The translations under genes and the position numbers were made by a program. From Hydrogenophaga sp. (GTDB lineage: Bacteria; Pseudomonadota; Gammaproteobacteria; Burkholderiales; Burkholderiaceae_C): a stretch of DNA of 64,000 nt. The DNA lies in the NCBI RefSeq assembly GCF_011772445.1, contig NZ_WVZN01000017.1, positions 67,622 to 131,621 on the forward strand, in the 5' to 3' direction. A model generated the notes under the pieces. The model searched no databases, was not told the DNA's origin, and was given only the letters and a program-made list of their open reading frames with translations. Shown here one piece after another: positions 31,997 through 41,888 of the stretch; position 1 is the stretch's first letter; every line of letters begins with the position of its first letter.

Positions 31997-32950
31997 ATGT
32001 TCCTGCCGCACCCCCCCGCCTTGCGCGACGCCGAGGTCTTCACCCGACTGCCGGACAGCTTCCGGCGCCCGGACAGCCGCTCGAGCTGGGGCGAGGCGAA
32101 CCGCCCGGGGCAGGTGACCGACAGCTTCCTGGAAGGGCCGGTGTTCGATGCGGCAGGCAATCTGTACGTGACCGACATCCCGTTCGGCCGCATCTTCCGT
32201 GTCGACGCGAGCGGCGCCTGGTCGCTGGTGGCGGAATACGACGGCGAGCCCAACGGCATGAAGTTTCTCAACGAGCGGGAGCTGCTCATCGCCGACTACC
32301 GCAACGGGCTCATGGCGTGCGAACTCGCCAGCGGCGCCGTGAGGCCCTACCTGGAGCGCCGAAACAGCGAGCGCTTCAAGGGCATCAACGACCTGGTCTT
32401 CGACACCCGGGGCAACCTGTACTTCAGCGACCAGGGCCAGACCGGCCTGCACGACCCGACCGGGCGTCTGTACCGCCTCCGGCCCGATGGGCGGCTCGAC
32501 CTGCTGCTGTCCAACGTGCCCAGCCCCAACGGTGTGGCGCTGTCGCCCGACGAGCGCGTGCTGTACCTGGGCGTGACGCGGGGCAACGCGGTGTGGCGCG
32601 TGCCCTTGCTCGAGGACGGCAGCGTGTCCAAGGTCAGCGCCTTCTTCACTTCGTACGGGCCCAGCGGGCCGGACGGCCTGGCGGTCGACGCATTGGGCCG
32701 CGTGATCGTGGCGAACCCGGGCCTGGGTTACGCCTGGGTGCTGAATGCGCGCGCCGAGCCGGTGGAAGTGATCCGCAGCCCGGCGGGCGCGTCGCTGACG
32801 AACGTGGCCTTTGGCGGGCCCGAGCGCAAGACCTTGTACTGCACGGAATCGGTGAGCGGTTCGGTGCTGCGCGTGGCCATGTCGGCACCGGGCCTGCCGC
32901 TCGCGCGCGGGTCACAAATGCTTGCATCCCCGGGCGGCGATGGGGCCTAG
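31997..32950 (+). CDS. SMP-30/gluconolactonase family protein
   Basis: EGPVFD, PNGM, NDLVFD, PNGVALS, PDGLAVD propeller motifs. Confidence 0.92.
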   Translation: MFLPHPPALRDAEVFTRLPDSFRRPDSRSSWGEANRPGQVTDSFLEGPVFDAAGNLYVTDIPFGRIFRVDASGAWSLVAEYDGEPNGMKFLNERELLIADYRNGLMACELASGAVRPYLERRNSERFKGINDLVFDTRGNLYFSDQGQTGLHDPTGRLYRLRPDGRLDLLLSNVPSPNGVALSPDERVLYLGVTRGNAVWRVPLLEDGSVSKVSAFFTSYGPSGPDGLAVDALGRVIVANPGLGYAWVLNARAEPVEVIRSPAGASLTNVAFGGPERKTLYCTESVSGSVLRVAMSAPGLPLARGSQMLASPGGDGA

Positions 32951-32959
32951 CATGGACCG

Positions 32960-34213
32960 ATGGTCCGTTTTCCCCTCCCAGGTCTGAGCCACGCCCTCGT
33001 TGCGCTGGGGCTGTGCGGCGCGCTGTGGTCCTGCGGGGGCGGCGGCGGTGGGGACTCCGGTGAGCCGGGTGGTGGCGGTGGAAGCCAGCCTCCGGGCTCG
33101 GGCAACACACCGGCCTTCATTCCCACCACCACGCCGGTCACCGTGACCGAAGTGGCCGCGGGCCTGTCCAATCCCTGGGGCCTGGCCTTCCTGCCCGATG
33201 GCCGCATGCTGATCACGGGACGCACGGGGCAGTTGTGGCTGCTGTCGGCCGACGGGTCCACGCGCCAGTCCATCTCGGGTCTGCCCTCGGGTCTGAGCAC
33301 GGGCGGGCAGGGCGGCCTGCTCGACGTCGCCCTCGACCCGTCCTTCGCGGCCAACCGGCGCGTCTACTTCACGTTTTCCGAGGTCGATCCCGGCAACGCC
33401 TCCATCAACGGCACCGCGGTGGCGCGCGCCGAACTCGACACCGGCTCATCGAGCCTGGTCGGCCTCACGGTGATCTACCGCCAACTGCCCAAGGTGGCCA
33501 GCAGCGGCCACTTCGGCTCGCGGCTGGTGTTCGACAACAGCGGCCACTTGTTCGTCACGCTGGGCGACCGCCAGAACGCCGACCAGGCCCCGTTCGCGCA
33601 GGACCTTTCACGGGGCAACGGCAAGGTGGCGCGCATCGAGACCGACGGCGATCCCGCGCCGGGCAACCCCTTCGCGGCGATCGGCCCGCAGGCGCACTTC
33701 TGGAGCTACGGACACCGCAACCCGCAAGGCGCCGCCCTTCATCCGGGCACGGGCGAGCTGTGGATCAGCGAGCACGGACCGCAGGGCGGCGACGAGATCA
33801 ACCGAGTGCTCGCGGGTCTCAACTACGGTTGGCCCGTCATCAGCCACGGCCAGCAGTACGGCACCACCACCCAGTGGGGCGAGGGCACGGCCAAGGCCGG
33901 CATGGAGCAACCGGTGTCGGTGTGGGAAACGCGCGATGGCACGCCCTGGACGTCCGGTCAGAAGAGCTCCACCGCGCCCGCCGGCATGACCTTCTTCACC
34001 GGCAGCGGGCCCGCGCATTGGCAGGGCAGCCTGTTCGTTGGCGCGCTGGCGGGCCAGGCCCTGTGGCGCCTGCAGCTTGACGGCAACACGGTGGTGGGCC
34101 GCGAGCGCTTCCTGGCCTCCCTGGGCGAACGCATCCGCGACGTGCAGCAGGGCCCGGACGGGCGCCTGTACCTGCTGACCGACAGCGGGCGGCTGCTGCG
34201 CGTGAACGCGTGA
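32960..34213 (+). CDS. PQQ-dependent sugar dehydrogenase family (GSDH) lipoprotein
   Basis: Lipobox LWSC, Gly-rich linker, PWGLAFLPDG, GQGGLLDV, HFGSRL, YGHRNPQG, EHGPQGGDEIN, NYGWP. Confidence 0.9.
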   Translation: MVRFPLPGLSHALVALGLCGALWSCGGGGGGDSGEPGGGGGSQPPGSGNTPAFIPTTTPVTVTEVAAGLSNPWGLAFLPDGRMLITGRTGQLWLLSADGSTRQSISGLPSGLSTGGQGGLLDVALDPSFAANRRVYFTFSEVDPGNASINGTAVARAELDTGSSSLVGLTVIYRQLPKVASSGHFGSRLVFDNSGHLFVTLGDRQNADQAPFAQDLSRGNGKVARIETDGDPAPGNPFAAIGPQAHFWSYGHRNPQGAALHPGTGELWISEHGPQGGDEINRVLAGLNYGWPVISHGQQYGTTTQWGEGTAKAGMEQPVSVWETRDGTPWTSGQKSSTAPAGMTFFTGSGPAHWQGSLFVGALAGQALWRLQLDGNTVVGRERFLASLGERIRDVQQGPDGRLYLLTDSGRLLRVNA

Positions 34214-34229
34214 GCGCCGCCCACCGGTC

Positions 34230-34526
34230 TTACTGCTTGCTCTTCTTGAACTCGATGTCGTCCGCGTACAGGCGGCCATCGCGGCGCTCGATGTCCACTT
34301 CCACGTAGTGGCCCTCGCGCAGGTCTTCGAAGCGCTTGTAGTCGTTCTCGTAGTCCGTCTTGTCGGTGACGTAGATCACCTCGCTGGCGATGGTGAAGCT
34401 GCGCGCGGTCTTGTCGATGGACTGGATGCGACCCTTCATGTCTTCCGCATGCGCGGCGCCCACGCCCAGGGCCAGGGCCGAGGCCAGCAGGAAGGCGTGC
34501 GTGCGGAACTTGTGGTGGGTGGACAT
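34230..34526 (-). CDS. Small exported protein (DUF5666-like OB fold)
   Basis: Signal peptide; KGRIQSID..LREGHYVEVD..ADDIEF pattern. Confidence 0.65.
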   Translation of the reverse strand: MSTHHKFRTHAFLLASALALGVGAAHAEDMKGRIQSIDKTARSFTIASEVIYVTDKTDYENDYKRFEDLREGHYVEVDIERRDGRLYADDIEFKKSKQ

Positions 34527-34642
34527 GGTGAACCTCCTAAGTGATGGTGCGCTCATGAATCGAGCTGCACGCATCGTGCCGCCATTTGCGGCGGTTCTGC
34601 CGTGTCCGTCCGTAAACGAGGCCTTGTCCTACAGGGCCGGGT

Positions 34643-35233
34643 TCACGCGGCCGACTTGGCCTTGGGCACGCGTCCGAGCAGGTAGAACTCGGGGTTGGGC
34701 GCCATGCCCGTGACGTTGGCCATGCGGTTCGAGAGGCCGAAGAAGGCGGTGATGGCGGTGATGTCCCAGATGTCCTCGTCGTCGAAGCCGTGCGCGTGCA
34801 GGGCGTCCATGTCGGCGTCGTCCACCTCGTTGGAACGCAGGCAGACCTTCATCGCGAAGTCGAGCATCGCGCGCTGGCGCGGCGTGATGTCGGCCTTGCG
34901 GTGGTTCACCGCCACCTGGTCGGCCACGAGCGGCTTCTTCTCGTAGATGCGCAGGATGGCGCCGTGCGCCACCACGCAGTAAAGGCAGCCGTTGGCCGCG
35001 CTGGTGGCGGTGACGATCATCTCGCGCTCGCCCTTGGTGAGGCTGCCCGTCTCCTTGAGCATCAGCGCGTCGTGGTACGCGAAGAAGGCGCGCCACTCGG
35101 CGGGCCGGCGCGCCAGCGCGAGAAACACATTGGGGATGAAGCCGGACTTCTCCTGCACCTCGCGGATGCGGGCCTGGATGTCCTCGGGCAGGGTGTTGAG
35201 GTCGGGCAGGGGGTAGCGGTTTTTCTGGGGCAT
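34643..35233 (-). CDS. Peroxidase-related enzyme (AhpD family)
   Basis: GFIPNVF, NGCLYCVVAH CxxC motif. Confidence 0.9.
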   Translation of the reverse strand: MPQKNRYPLPDLNTLPEDIQARIREVQEKSGFIPNVFLALARRPAEWRAFFAYHDALMLKETGSLTKGEREMIVTATSAANGCLYCVVAHGAILRIYEKKPLVADQVAVNHRKADITPRQRAMLDFAMKVCLRSNEVDDADMDALHAHGFDDEDIWDITAITAFFGLSNRMANVTGMAPNPEFYLLGRVPKAKSAA

Positions 35234-35334
35234 GGTGTGTCTCCTGGTCATGGGGTTCGGCCAGCGCCGAGTATCGGCGAGGCCTGCGGTATCGTTGCGC
35301 TCGTCATCGAACCACATGCCGCGAGGCCCTCTCC

Positions 35335-35721
35335 ATGAACCTGCCCGACGACCCCGAATTCCAGCGTGGCCTGGCCATGCGCACGCAAGTGATGGGCGAC
35401 GACTTCGTCGCCAAGGCCTTCGGCGGCATGACGCCGTTCACCGAGCCCATGCAGCACCACATCACGCGCCGGGCCTGGGGCGACGTGTGGCAGCGCGGCG
35501 TGCTGGACCTCAAGACGCGCAGCCTCATCACCGTGGCCATGCTGGCCGCACTGGGCAAGCAGCACGAGCTGAAAGGGCACGTACGTGGTGCGCTCAACAA
35601 CGGCGCCACGGCCCAGGAATTGCAAGAGGTGCTGCTGCACGCAGCGGCCTACTGCGGCATTCCCACCGCCGTGGAGGCCTTCCGCACCGCCGCCAGCGTC
35701 GTCGATGGCGAAGGCGCCTGA
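35335..35721 (+). CDS. Carboxymuconolactone decarboxylase family protein
   Basis: AWGDVWQR, RSLITVAML, HVRGALNNG, YCGIP. Confidence 0.9.
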   Translation: MNLPDDPEFQRGLAMRTQVMGDDFVAKAFGGMTPFTEPMQHHITRRAWGDVWQRGVLDLKTRSLITVAMLAALGKQHELKGHVRGALNNGATAQELQEVLLHAAAYCGIPTAVEAFRTAASVVDGEGA

Positions 35722-35757
35722 CCCATCACCCGTTTTTTCTTCTGGAGGACCCACCGC

Positions 35758-36720
35758 ATGAACCCCATCCTGTCCCGCCGCGCGGCCATCGCCGCCACCC
35801 TGGCCCTGGCCGCCGGCTTCGCGCACGCGCAGTCCAATGTCCGCATCCTGGTGGGTTTCCCGCCCGGTGGCGGTACCGACGCCATCGCGCGCATCCTGGC
35901 CGAGAAGCTGCACACCGAACTGGGCACCTCCGTGGTGGTGGAGAACAAGCCCGGCGCGGGCGGCCAGCTCGCGGGCCAGGCCCTGAAGGCCGCGCCGGCC
36001 GATGGCAGCACGGTCTTCCTGAGCCACGACCACAGCGTGAGCATCCTGCCGCTGACCATGAAGAACCCGGGCTTCGATCCGTCGAAGGACTTCGTGCCCG
36101 TGGCCGGCTTCGCCACCTTCGTGAACGCCGTGGCGCTGTCCGGCGGCACGCCCGCGCGCGACTTCAAGACCTGGATCGACAGCGTGAAGGCCGCCGGCGG
36201 CAAGAGCACTGTGGGCATTCCCGCGCCAGCCTCCACGCCGCAGTTCGCGGTGCAGGTCATCGGCAAGCAATACGGCCTGGACCTGGTGGCCGCGCCCTAC
36301 CGCGGCAGTGCGCCCATGATGGGCGACATGCTGGGCAACCAGATCCCGGCCGGCGTGGGATCGGTGCCCGACTTCATCGAGAACCACAAGGCCGGCAAGC
36401 TGCGCGTGGTGGCCGTGATGGGCACCCAGCGCCAGGCCGCACTGCCCGAGGTGCCGACCTTCAGCGAGCTCGGCATCAAGGGATTCGAAGACGTGCCGTA
36501 CTACGGCATCTTCGCGCCCGCCGGCACGCCGGCGGCGGCGGTGGACAAACTCGGCGCGGCGGTGCAGAAGGTGATCGCCATGCCCGACGTGCGCGACAAG
36601 CTCTCGGCCATGGGGCTGACGGTGGGTTACATGAGCGGCGCGGAACTGGGCAAGCGCGAGAGTGCGTACCGCGAGGTCTGGGCCCGCATCATCAAGGACA
36701 GCGGGTACCAGCCGCAGTGA
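35758..36720 (+). CDS. Bug/TctC substrate-binding protein
   Basis: LVGFPPGGGTD, ENKPGAGG, PYRGSAP. Confidence 0.92.
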   Translation: MNPILSRRAAIAATLALAAGFAHAQSNVRILVGFPPGGGTDAIARILAEKLHTELGTSVVVENKPGAGGQLAGQALKAAPADGSTVFLSHDHSVSILPLTMKNPGFDPSKDFVPVAGFATFVNAVALSGGTPARDFKTWIDSVKAAGGKSTVGIPAPASTPQFAVQVIGKQYGLDLVAAPYRGSAPMMGDMLGNQIPAGVGSVPDFIENHKAGKLRVVAVMGTQRQAALPEVPTFSELGIKGFEDVPYYGIFAPAGTPAAAVDKLGAAVQKVIAMPDVRDKLSAMGLTVGYMSGAELGKRESAYREVWARIIKDSGYQPQ

Positions 36721-36729
36721 GGCGGAGGC

Positions 36730-37467
36730 TCAGAGCCTGTCCACCACCCGCGCCAGCGCCGCGCGCCGGTGCACGCCCAGCTTCTCGAACACGCGCTGCA
36801 GGTAGGTGCGCACGCTGGGCAGGCCGATGCCCAGCTCGCGCGCGATTTCCTTGTCGGTGAGGCCCTGGCCCACGCAGCGCGCCACGGCGGTCTCGCGCGG
36901 GCTCAGCAGGGCCAGCGCGGCGTCGCTCACGGCGGGGTCGGGCCGGCGCGCGTCGCGCGCGCGGCGCAGCGCGGCCGAGAAGGCCGGCTCGATGAACTGC
37001 AGCAGCTCGCGCTCGTGCGCGCCGAACTCGCGGCCCTGGCGGCCGCGCCAGATGCGCAGGTCGCCCAGCGCCTTGCCGCCGTCGAACGCGTGCAGGTTGA
37101 TGCCCCAGTGCAGGCCGTCGCGCGCGAGGAAGTCGTTGAAGAACTCGCAGCGCAGCAGCTCGGCGCGCGGCATCACCTCGCTCACCAGCGTGGCCTGGCG
37201 GCGCTGCTGCAGGCGGAAGGTGATCGGGTCGCGGAACTGGTACCAGGCGTCGTAGCGGTCCAGGTTGGCCGGGTCCATGTTGATGGCCAGGCCGTGGTCG
37301 AAGCGGTTGGCGGCTTCGTCCCACACGTAGGACGCGAAGTGCTGGGCATGAAAGAGGTGCAGCAACTGCTCGCCCAGGCGCGCGCGGATGTCGCGCTCGT
37401 TCAGGTCCTGCGCCAGCAGGGCGAAGCAGGCGGCGAGCTGGCCTTGTTCGGTGGGCGAGAGGTGCAT
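36730..37467 (-). CDS. LuxR-type HTH regulator with GAF-like N-terminal sensor
   Basis: C-terminal [32 protein letters not shown]. Confidence 0.88.
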   Translation of the reverse strand: MHLSPTEQGQLAACFALLAQDLNERDIRARLGEQLLHLFHAQHFASYVWDEAANRFDHGLAINMDPANLDRYDAWYQFRDPITFRLQQRRQATLVSEVMPRAELLRCEFFNDFLARDGLHWGINLHAFDGGKALGDLRIWRGRQGREFGAHERELLQFIEPAFSAALRRARDARRPDPAVSDAALALLSPRETAVARCVGQGLTDKEIARELGIGLPSVRTYLQRVFEKLGVHRRAALARVVDRL

Positions 37468-37666
37468 GGCGGGCGGGGAGTGGCGTGAACGTAGCGCGCG
37501 GGGCAGGGCGGGTCAATCCGGGCAAGTGAGGGGGCACGGCACAGCGGTGCAAGCGCCGTGCCGGACGGGGGGTTGTGGCGGGTCTGTCATCAATCCTCAG
37601 GACAGACGGCGGGCGCGCGCGGGCGCACAGTCGCCGGCCATGTCGTCCACTTCCGGAGCTTTTGCC

Positions 37667-39169
37667 ATGCGCCGCTTTCCCCTGTTGTCCTCATTGGCCC
37701 TGGCCGCCGCGCTCGCCGGCTGCGCCAGCACCGGCGGCCCCGTGCCCGATCTGACGGCGCTCACCGCCAGCGAAGCCGCCGCCGCGGTGTGCAGCGGCCG
37801 CGTGAGCAGCGAGGCGCTGACCCGCGCCTACCTGGAGCGCGCCAAGGCACGCACCGCGCTCAACGCCTTCGTCACGCTCGACGAGCCCGGCGCCCTGGCG
37901 GCGGCGCGCGCGGCCGATGCCCGCCGGGCGAGTGGCGCGCCCTGCCTGCCGCTGCAGGGCGTACCCATCGTGGTGAAGGACAACATCGAGGCCGCCGGCC
38001 TGCCGGCCACGGCGGGCACGCCCGCGCTCAAGAACTTCGTGCCCAAGGCGGATGCCCCCGTGCTGGCGAAACTGCGCGAAGCCGGCGCCGTGGTGCTGGG
38101 CAAGACCAACATGCACGAACTGGCCTTCGGCATCTCGGGCTTCAACCCGGCCTACAACACCGGGCCGCAGCCGGGTGTGCGAAACGCCTACGACCCCTCC
38201 AAGATGGCGGGCGGCTCCTCATCGGGCACGGCGGTGGCCATCGGCAGCCGCATGGCACCGGCCGGGCTGGGCACGGACACCGGCGGCTCGGTGCGCCTGC
38301 CGTGCGCGCTCAACGGCTGTGCGTCCTTGCGACCCACCATGGGGCGCTATGCGCAGACCGGCATCGCACCCATCTCGCACACGCGTGACACCGCAGGGCC
38401 GATGGCGGTGTCGATGAACGACGTGGAGCTGATGGACCGCGTCATCGCGGGCGGCGCGCCGGTCGCCGCGGCCGATCTGCGTGGTGTGCGCCTGGGCCTG
38501 TCGCAGGCCTTCATGGCCAACCTGGACGCCGACACCCGCGCCGCCTTCGATGCCGCGCTGGTGCGCCTGCGCGGCGCGGGCGTGACGGTGGTGGACGTGC
38601 CCATGCCCACGCTGATGCAGCTCAACGGCATGGTGGGCTTCCCCGTGGCGATGTACGAGGCCCACGACGACATGGTGAAGTACCTGCGCGAGCGCGGCAC
38701 CGGTGTGAGCCTGCAGCAGCTGGTCGCTGGCATCGCCAGCCCGGACGTGAAAGGGACGTACGAGGCCCTGGTGGTACCGCGCAAGCTGCCAGCGCCCGCG
38801 GGCCTGACCGACACCGAGCCGGTGTACCGCGCCGCGATGGCGACGCACCGGCCGGCGCTCATCAAGCTCTATGCGGACACCTTCGCGCAGCACCGCATCG
38901 ACGCGCTGGTGTTCCCCACGGTGCCGCGGGTGGCAGCCGACGCGGGGCCGCAGAGCAGCAGCGTGGAGACATTCGGCCTGTTCATCCAGAACACCGACCC
39001 CGGGAGCAACGCGGGGCTGCCGGGGGTGCAGGTGCCGGTGGGCCTGGGCGCTTCTTCTCGTCTGCCGGTGGGGCTGGAGCTGGACGGGCCGGCGGGGAGC
39101 GATCGGCGGCTGGTGTCGCTGGGGATGGCGATCGAACGGCTGCTGGGGCGGGTGCCGGCGGGGCGGTGA
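37667..39169 (+). CDS. Amidase-signature enzyme (IaaH/mandelamide hydrolase-like), predicted lipoprotein
   Basis: Lipobox [24 protein letters not shown]; alternative start 37640. Confidence 0.88.
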   Translation: MRRFPLLSSLALAAALAGCASTGGPVPDLTALTASEAAAAVCSGRVSSEALTRAYLERAKARTALNAFVTLDEPGALAAARAADARRASGAPCLPLQGVPIVVKDNIEAAGLPATAGTPALKNFVPKADAPVLAKLREAGAVVLGKTNMHELAFGISGFNPAYNTGPQPGVRNAYDPSKMAGGSSSGTAVAIGSRMAPAGLGTDTGGSVRLPCALNGCASLRPTMGRYAQTGIAPISHTRDTAGPMAVSMNDVELMDRVIAGGAPVAAADLRGVRLGLSQAFMANLDADTRAAFDAALVRLRGAGVTVVDVPMPTLMQLNGMVGFPVAMYEAHDDMVKYLRERGTGVSLQQLVAGIASPDVKGTYEALVVPRKLPAPAGLTDTEPVYRAAMATHRPALIKLYADTFAQHRIDALVFPTVPRVAADAGPQSSSVETFGLFIQNTDPGSNAGLPGVQVPVGLGASSRLPVGLELDGPAGSDRRLVSLGMAIERLLGRVPAGR

Positions 39170-39278
39170 CTTTTGTCGGCCCGATTGTTGGCCGGTGTGT
39201 TTCGCTCGGGCGCCTCGCGGCCAGGACACCGACGCGCACTGTGAATTCGTCGTCAAGCAAGCGCGCAGCTTGATGACC

Positions 39279-39500
39279 TCAGGGCCGTTCGCCCATGCGT
39301 GTCTGCATGCGCTCCAGGGCCGCGGTCAGCGCTGGCAAGTCCTGTTCGATGAGGGTCTGGAGATTGCGGATCACCGCGTCCTGGACCAGACGCGACGCCT
39401 CGAAGTGAGCCTGCTCATCCCGGGTGTACTCGCGGATGCGCCGAATGCATTCGCGCATGTGCGCGAGAAGGATTCGGTCGCTGTCCCAATCGGGAATCAC
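39279..39500 (-). pseudogene. HepT/DUF86 toxin with an apparent in-frame internal deletion (no RxxxxH motif)
   Basis: 73 aa; N-terminal HMRECIRRI..VQDAVIRNLQTL is joined directly to C-terminal IEQDLPAL; GTGA overlap with MNT gene. Confidence 0.72.
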
Positions 39501-39781
39501 AAGGCCACCGCGTCAGCGAGCACCCGGTCGCGCAGCGCGGGGTGAAGACCGGTTTCGGTGACGATGTCCACCGGCCGTCCCAACAGGTCCTGCGCGTCCA
39601 GCAACAGGCCGCCGAGCGCAAGAGCGCTGGTCCCGGGGGCAAGAGTCACCAGCAGGTCCACGTCGCTGTCGTCGCGCGCCTGGTCTCGGGCCATGGAACC
39701 AAAGACGCGAACACTGGTGATGCCGCGGCGACGCGCCAGCGACAACAGTTGTTCGCGGTGGGATTCGATCAATGCATGCAC
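39497..39781 (-). CDS. Minimal nucleotidyltransferase (MNT) antitoxin
   Basis: VFGSMARDQARDDSDVDLLV (GS-x10-DxD), LLGRPVDIV. Confidence 0.92.
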   Translation of the reverse strand: MHALIESHREQLLSLARRRGITSVRVFGSMARDQARDDSDVDLLVTLAPGTSALALGGLLLDAQDLLGRPVDIVTETGLHPALRDRVLADAVAL

Positions 39782-39859
39782 CCGGCCAGTGTAGCGGCGG
39801 GCGTTCGGTCCGCAAAGGCGCTCGGAGCCCCGGTATCCGCGCTCAGGGCCGCCAGAGGG

Positions 39860-40417
39860 TTACCCCACCATCAACCGATGCACCAGGTCAGGCGTGCTGT
39901 GCGCCTGGTACTTGCGCATCAAGCGCGCCCGGTGCACCTCCACCGTGCGGTGGCTGATCGCCAGCAGCTTGCCGATCTGCTTGCTCGTGAGCCCGTCCAT
40001 GATCAGCGCCGCCACCTCCCGCTCGCGCGCCGTGAGCGAGGCTCGCACCGGCCGGTGCGAACTCAGGTCCTCGAAGCTCCAGATGCCCGCCGCGTGCGGC
40101 GCGTGGCGGTCCACCGCGCGCCCCGTCACGTGGCACCAGAAGGTCTCGCCCGCCTGGCGCCCGCCCACGCGCTTCATGATGCGGTTGTCTGCATAGGTGC
40201 CGCTGCGCCCCAACAGCGGCGCCATGCGCGCGCCCAGGCGCTCGTACTCGTCGGCGCTGGGATAGAGGATCTGGAAGCTCTGCCCCACCAGCTGTTCGCG
40301 CGTGGCGCCGAACATCTCGCACAGGGCCTGGTTGCAGTCCACCATGAAGCGCTCGCGCGAGAGCGCCAGCCCCACGGGCGCCAGGTCGAAGGCCAGCCGG
40401 TAATCGATGTCCATCAT
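39860..40417 (-). CDS. PAS-domain LuxR-family regulator
   Basis: N-terminal PAS-like region; LTAREREV..SKQIGKLLAISHRTVEVHRARLMRK. Confidence 0.9.
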   Translation of the reverse strand: MMDIDYRLAFDLAPVGLALSRERFMVDCNQALCEMFGATREQLVGQSFQILYPSADEYERLGARMAPLLGRSGTYADNRIMKRVGGRQAGETFWCHVTGRAVDRHAPHAAGIWSFEDLSSHRPVRASLTAREREVAALIMDGLTSKQIGKLLAISHRTVEVHRARLMRKYQAHSTPDLVHRLMVG

Positions 40418-40511
40418 GGTTGCCCTTTACGAAATACTACGTAAGCCGCTACGTAGTATCGTTGCGGTTTTCCGCATCCCCAGCAAGCAAGACCTTCCGG
40501 AGGCAATCCCC

Positions 40512-41219
40512 GTGAACAAGATCTACCCCAGCGCGGCCGCCGCGCTCCAGGGCGTGGTCGCCGATGGCCAGCTCATGGCCGTGGGCGGTTTCGGCCTGTG
40601 TGGCATCCCCGAAGCCCTCATCGACGCCCTGCGCGACAGCGGCGTCAAGAACCTCACCGTCATCTCCAACAACGCGGGCGTGGACGGCTTCGGCCTGGGC
40701 AAGCTGCTCGACACGCGCCAGATCAAAAAGATGATCAGCAGCTACGTGGGCGAGAACAAGGAGTTCGAGCGCCAGTACCTGGCCGGTGAACTCGAACTCG
40801 AATTCACGCCCCAGGGCACGCTGGCCGAGAAGCTGCGCGCCGGCGGCGCGGGCATCCCTGCCTTCTTCACCAAGACCGGCGTGGGCACCCTGGTGGCCGA
40901 GGGCAAGGAATTGCGCGAGTTCGATGGCGAGACCTACGTGATGGAGCGCTCGCTGGTGCCCGCCGTGTCGCTGGTGAAGGCGCACCGCGCCGACAAGAGC
41001 GGCAACCTGCAGTTCCGCTACACCGCGCGCAACTTCAACCCCGCCGTGGCCATGGCGGGCAAGGTCTGCGTCGTCGAGGTGGAAGAGATCGTCGAGACCG
41101 GCGACATCCACCCCGACCAGATCCACCTGCCGGGCATCTACGTGCACCGCATCGTGCACAACGCGAGCCCGGAGAAGCGCATCGAGAAGCGAACCATCAC
41201 CGAGAAAGCGGGAGGTTGA
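40512..41219 (+). CDS. scoA: 3-oxoacid CoA-transferase subunit A
   Basis: [28 protein letters not shown]; GTG start. Confidence 0.92.
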   Translation: MNKIYPSAAAALQGVVADGQLMAVGGFGLCGIPEALIDALRDSGVKNLTVISNNAGVDGFGLGKLLDTRQIKKMISSYVGENKEFERQYLAGELELEFTPQGTLAEKLRAGGAGIPAFFTKTGVGTLVAEGKELREFDGETYVMERSLVPAVSLVKAHRADKSGNLQFRYTARNFNPAVAMAGKVCVVEVEEIVETGDIHPDQIHLPGIYVHRIVHNASPEKRIEKRTITEKAGG

Positions 41220-41220
41220 T

Positions 41221-41856
41221 ATGCCCTGGACCCAAGACCAGATGGCCGCGCGCGCGGCGCAAGAGCTCGAGGACGGCTTTTACGTTAACCTCGGCATCGG
41301 CATCCCCACCCTGGTGGCCAACCACACCGGCACCAAAGAGGTGTGGCTGCAGAGCGAGAACGGCATGCTGGGCATCGGCCCCTTCCCGACGGAGGACGAG
41401 GTCGACGCCGACCTCATCAACGCCGGCAAGCAGACGGTGACCACCATCAAGGGCTCGTCGATCTTCGGCAGCCACGACAGCTTCGCCATGATCCGCGGCG
41501 GCAAGATCGACCTGTCCATCCTGGGCGCCATGCAGGTGAGCGAGAAGGGCGACCTCGCCAACTGGATGATCCCGGGCAAGATGGTCAAGGGCATGGGCGG
41601 CGCCATGGACCTCGTGGCCGGCGTGCCGCGCGTCATCGTGCTGATGGAGCACGTGGCGAAGAAGAAGGACGGCACCGAAGACCTGAAGATCCTGCCCAAG
41701 TGCACGCTGCCGCTCACGGGCGTGGGCGTGGTGGACCGCATCATCACCGACCTGGGCGTGATGGACGTGACGCCGCAGGGCTTGAAGCTCGTGGAGCTGG
41801 CGCCCGGCGTCACGCGCGAGTTCATCCAGTCCAAGACCGGCGTGACCCTGGTCTGA
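41221..41856 (+). CDS. scoB: 3-oxoacid CoA-transferase subunit B
   Basis: [32 protein letters not shown]. Confidence 0.93.
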   Translation: MPWTQDQMAARAAQELEDGFYVNLGIGIPTLVANHTGTKEVWLQSENGMLGIGPFPTEDEVDADLINAGKQTVTTIKGSSIFGSHDSFAMIRGGKIDLSILGAMQVSEKGDLANWMIPGKMVKGMGGAMDLVAGVPRVIVLMEHVAKKKDGTEDLKILPKCTLPLTGVGVVDRIITDLGVMDVTPQGLKLVELAPGVTREFIQSKTGVTLV

Positions 41857-41888
41857 TACCGGTGGCGGGTATACTGCCGCCCGCACCC

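Noticed and set aside
38880-39169. G-rich shift at the 3' end of the amidase
   Set aside because: The reading frame stays intact with normal amidase C-terminal motifs (NAGLPG, LPVGLEL); a similar skew occurs at other gene ends, such as 42540-42648.
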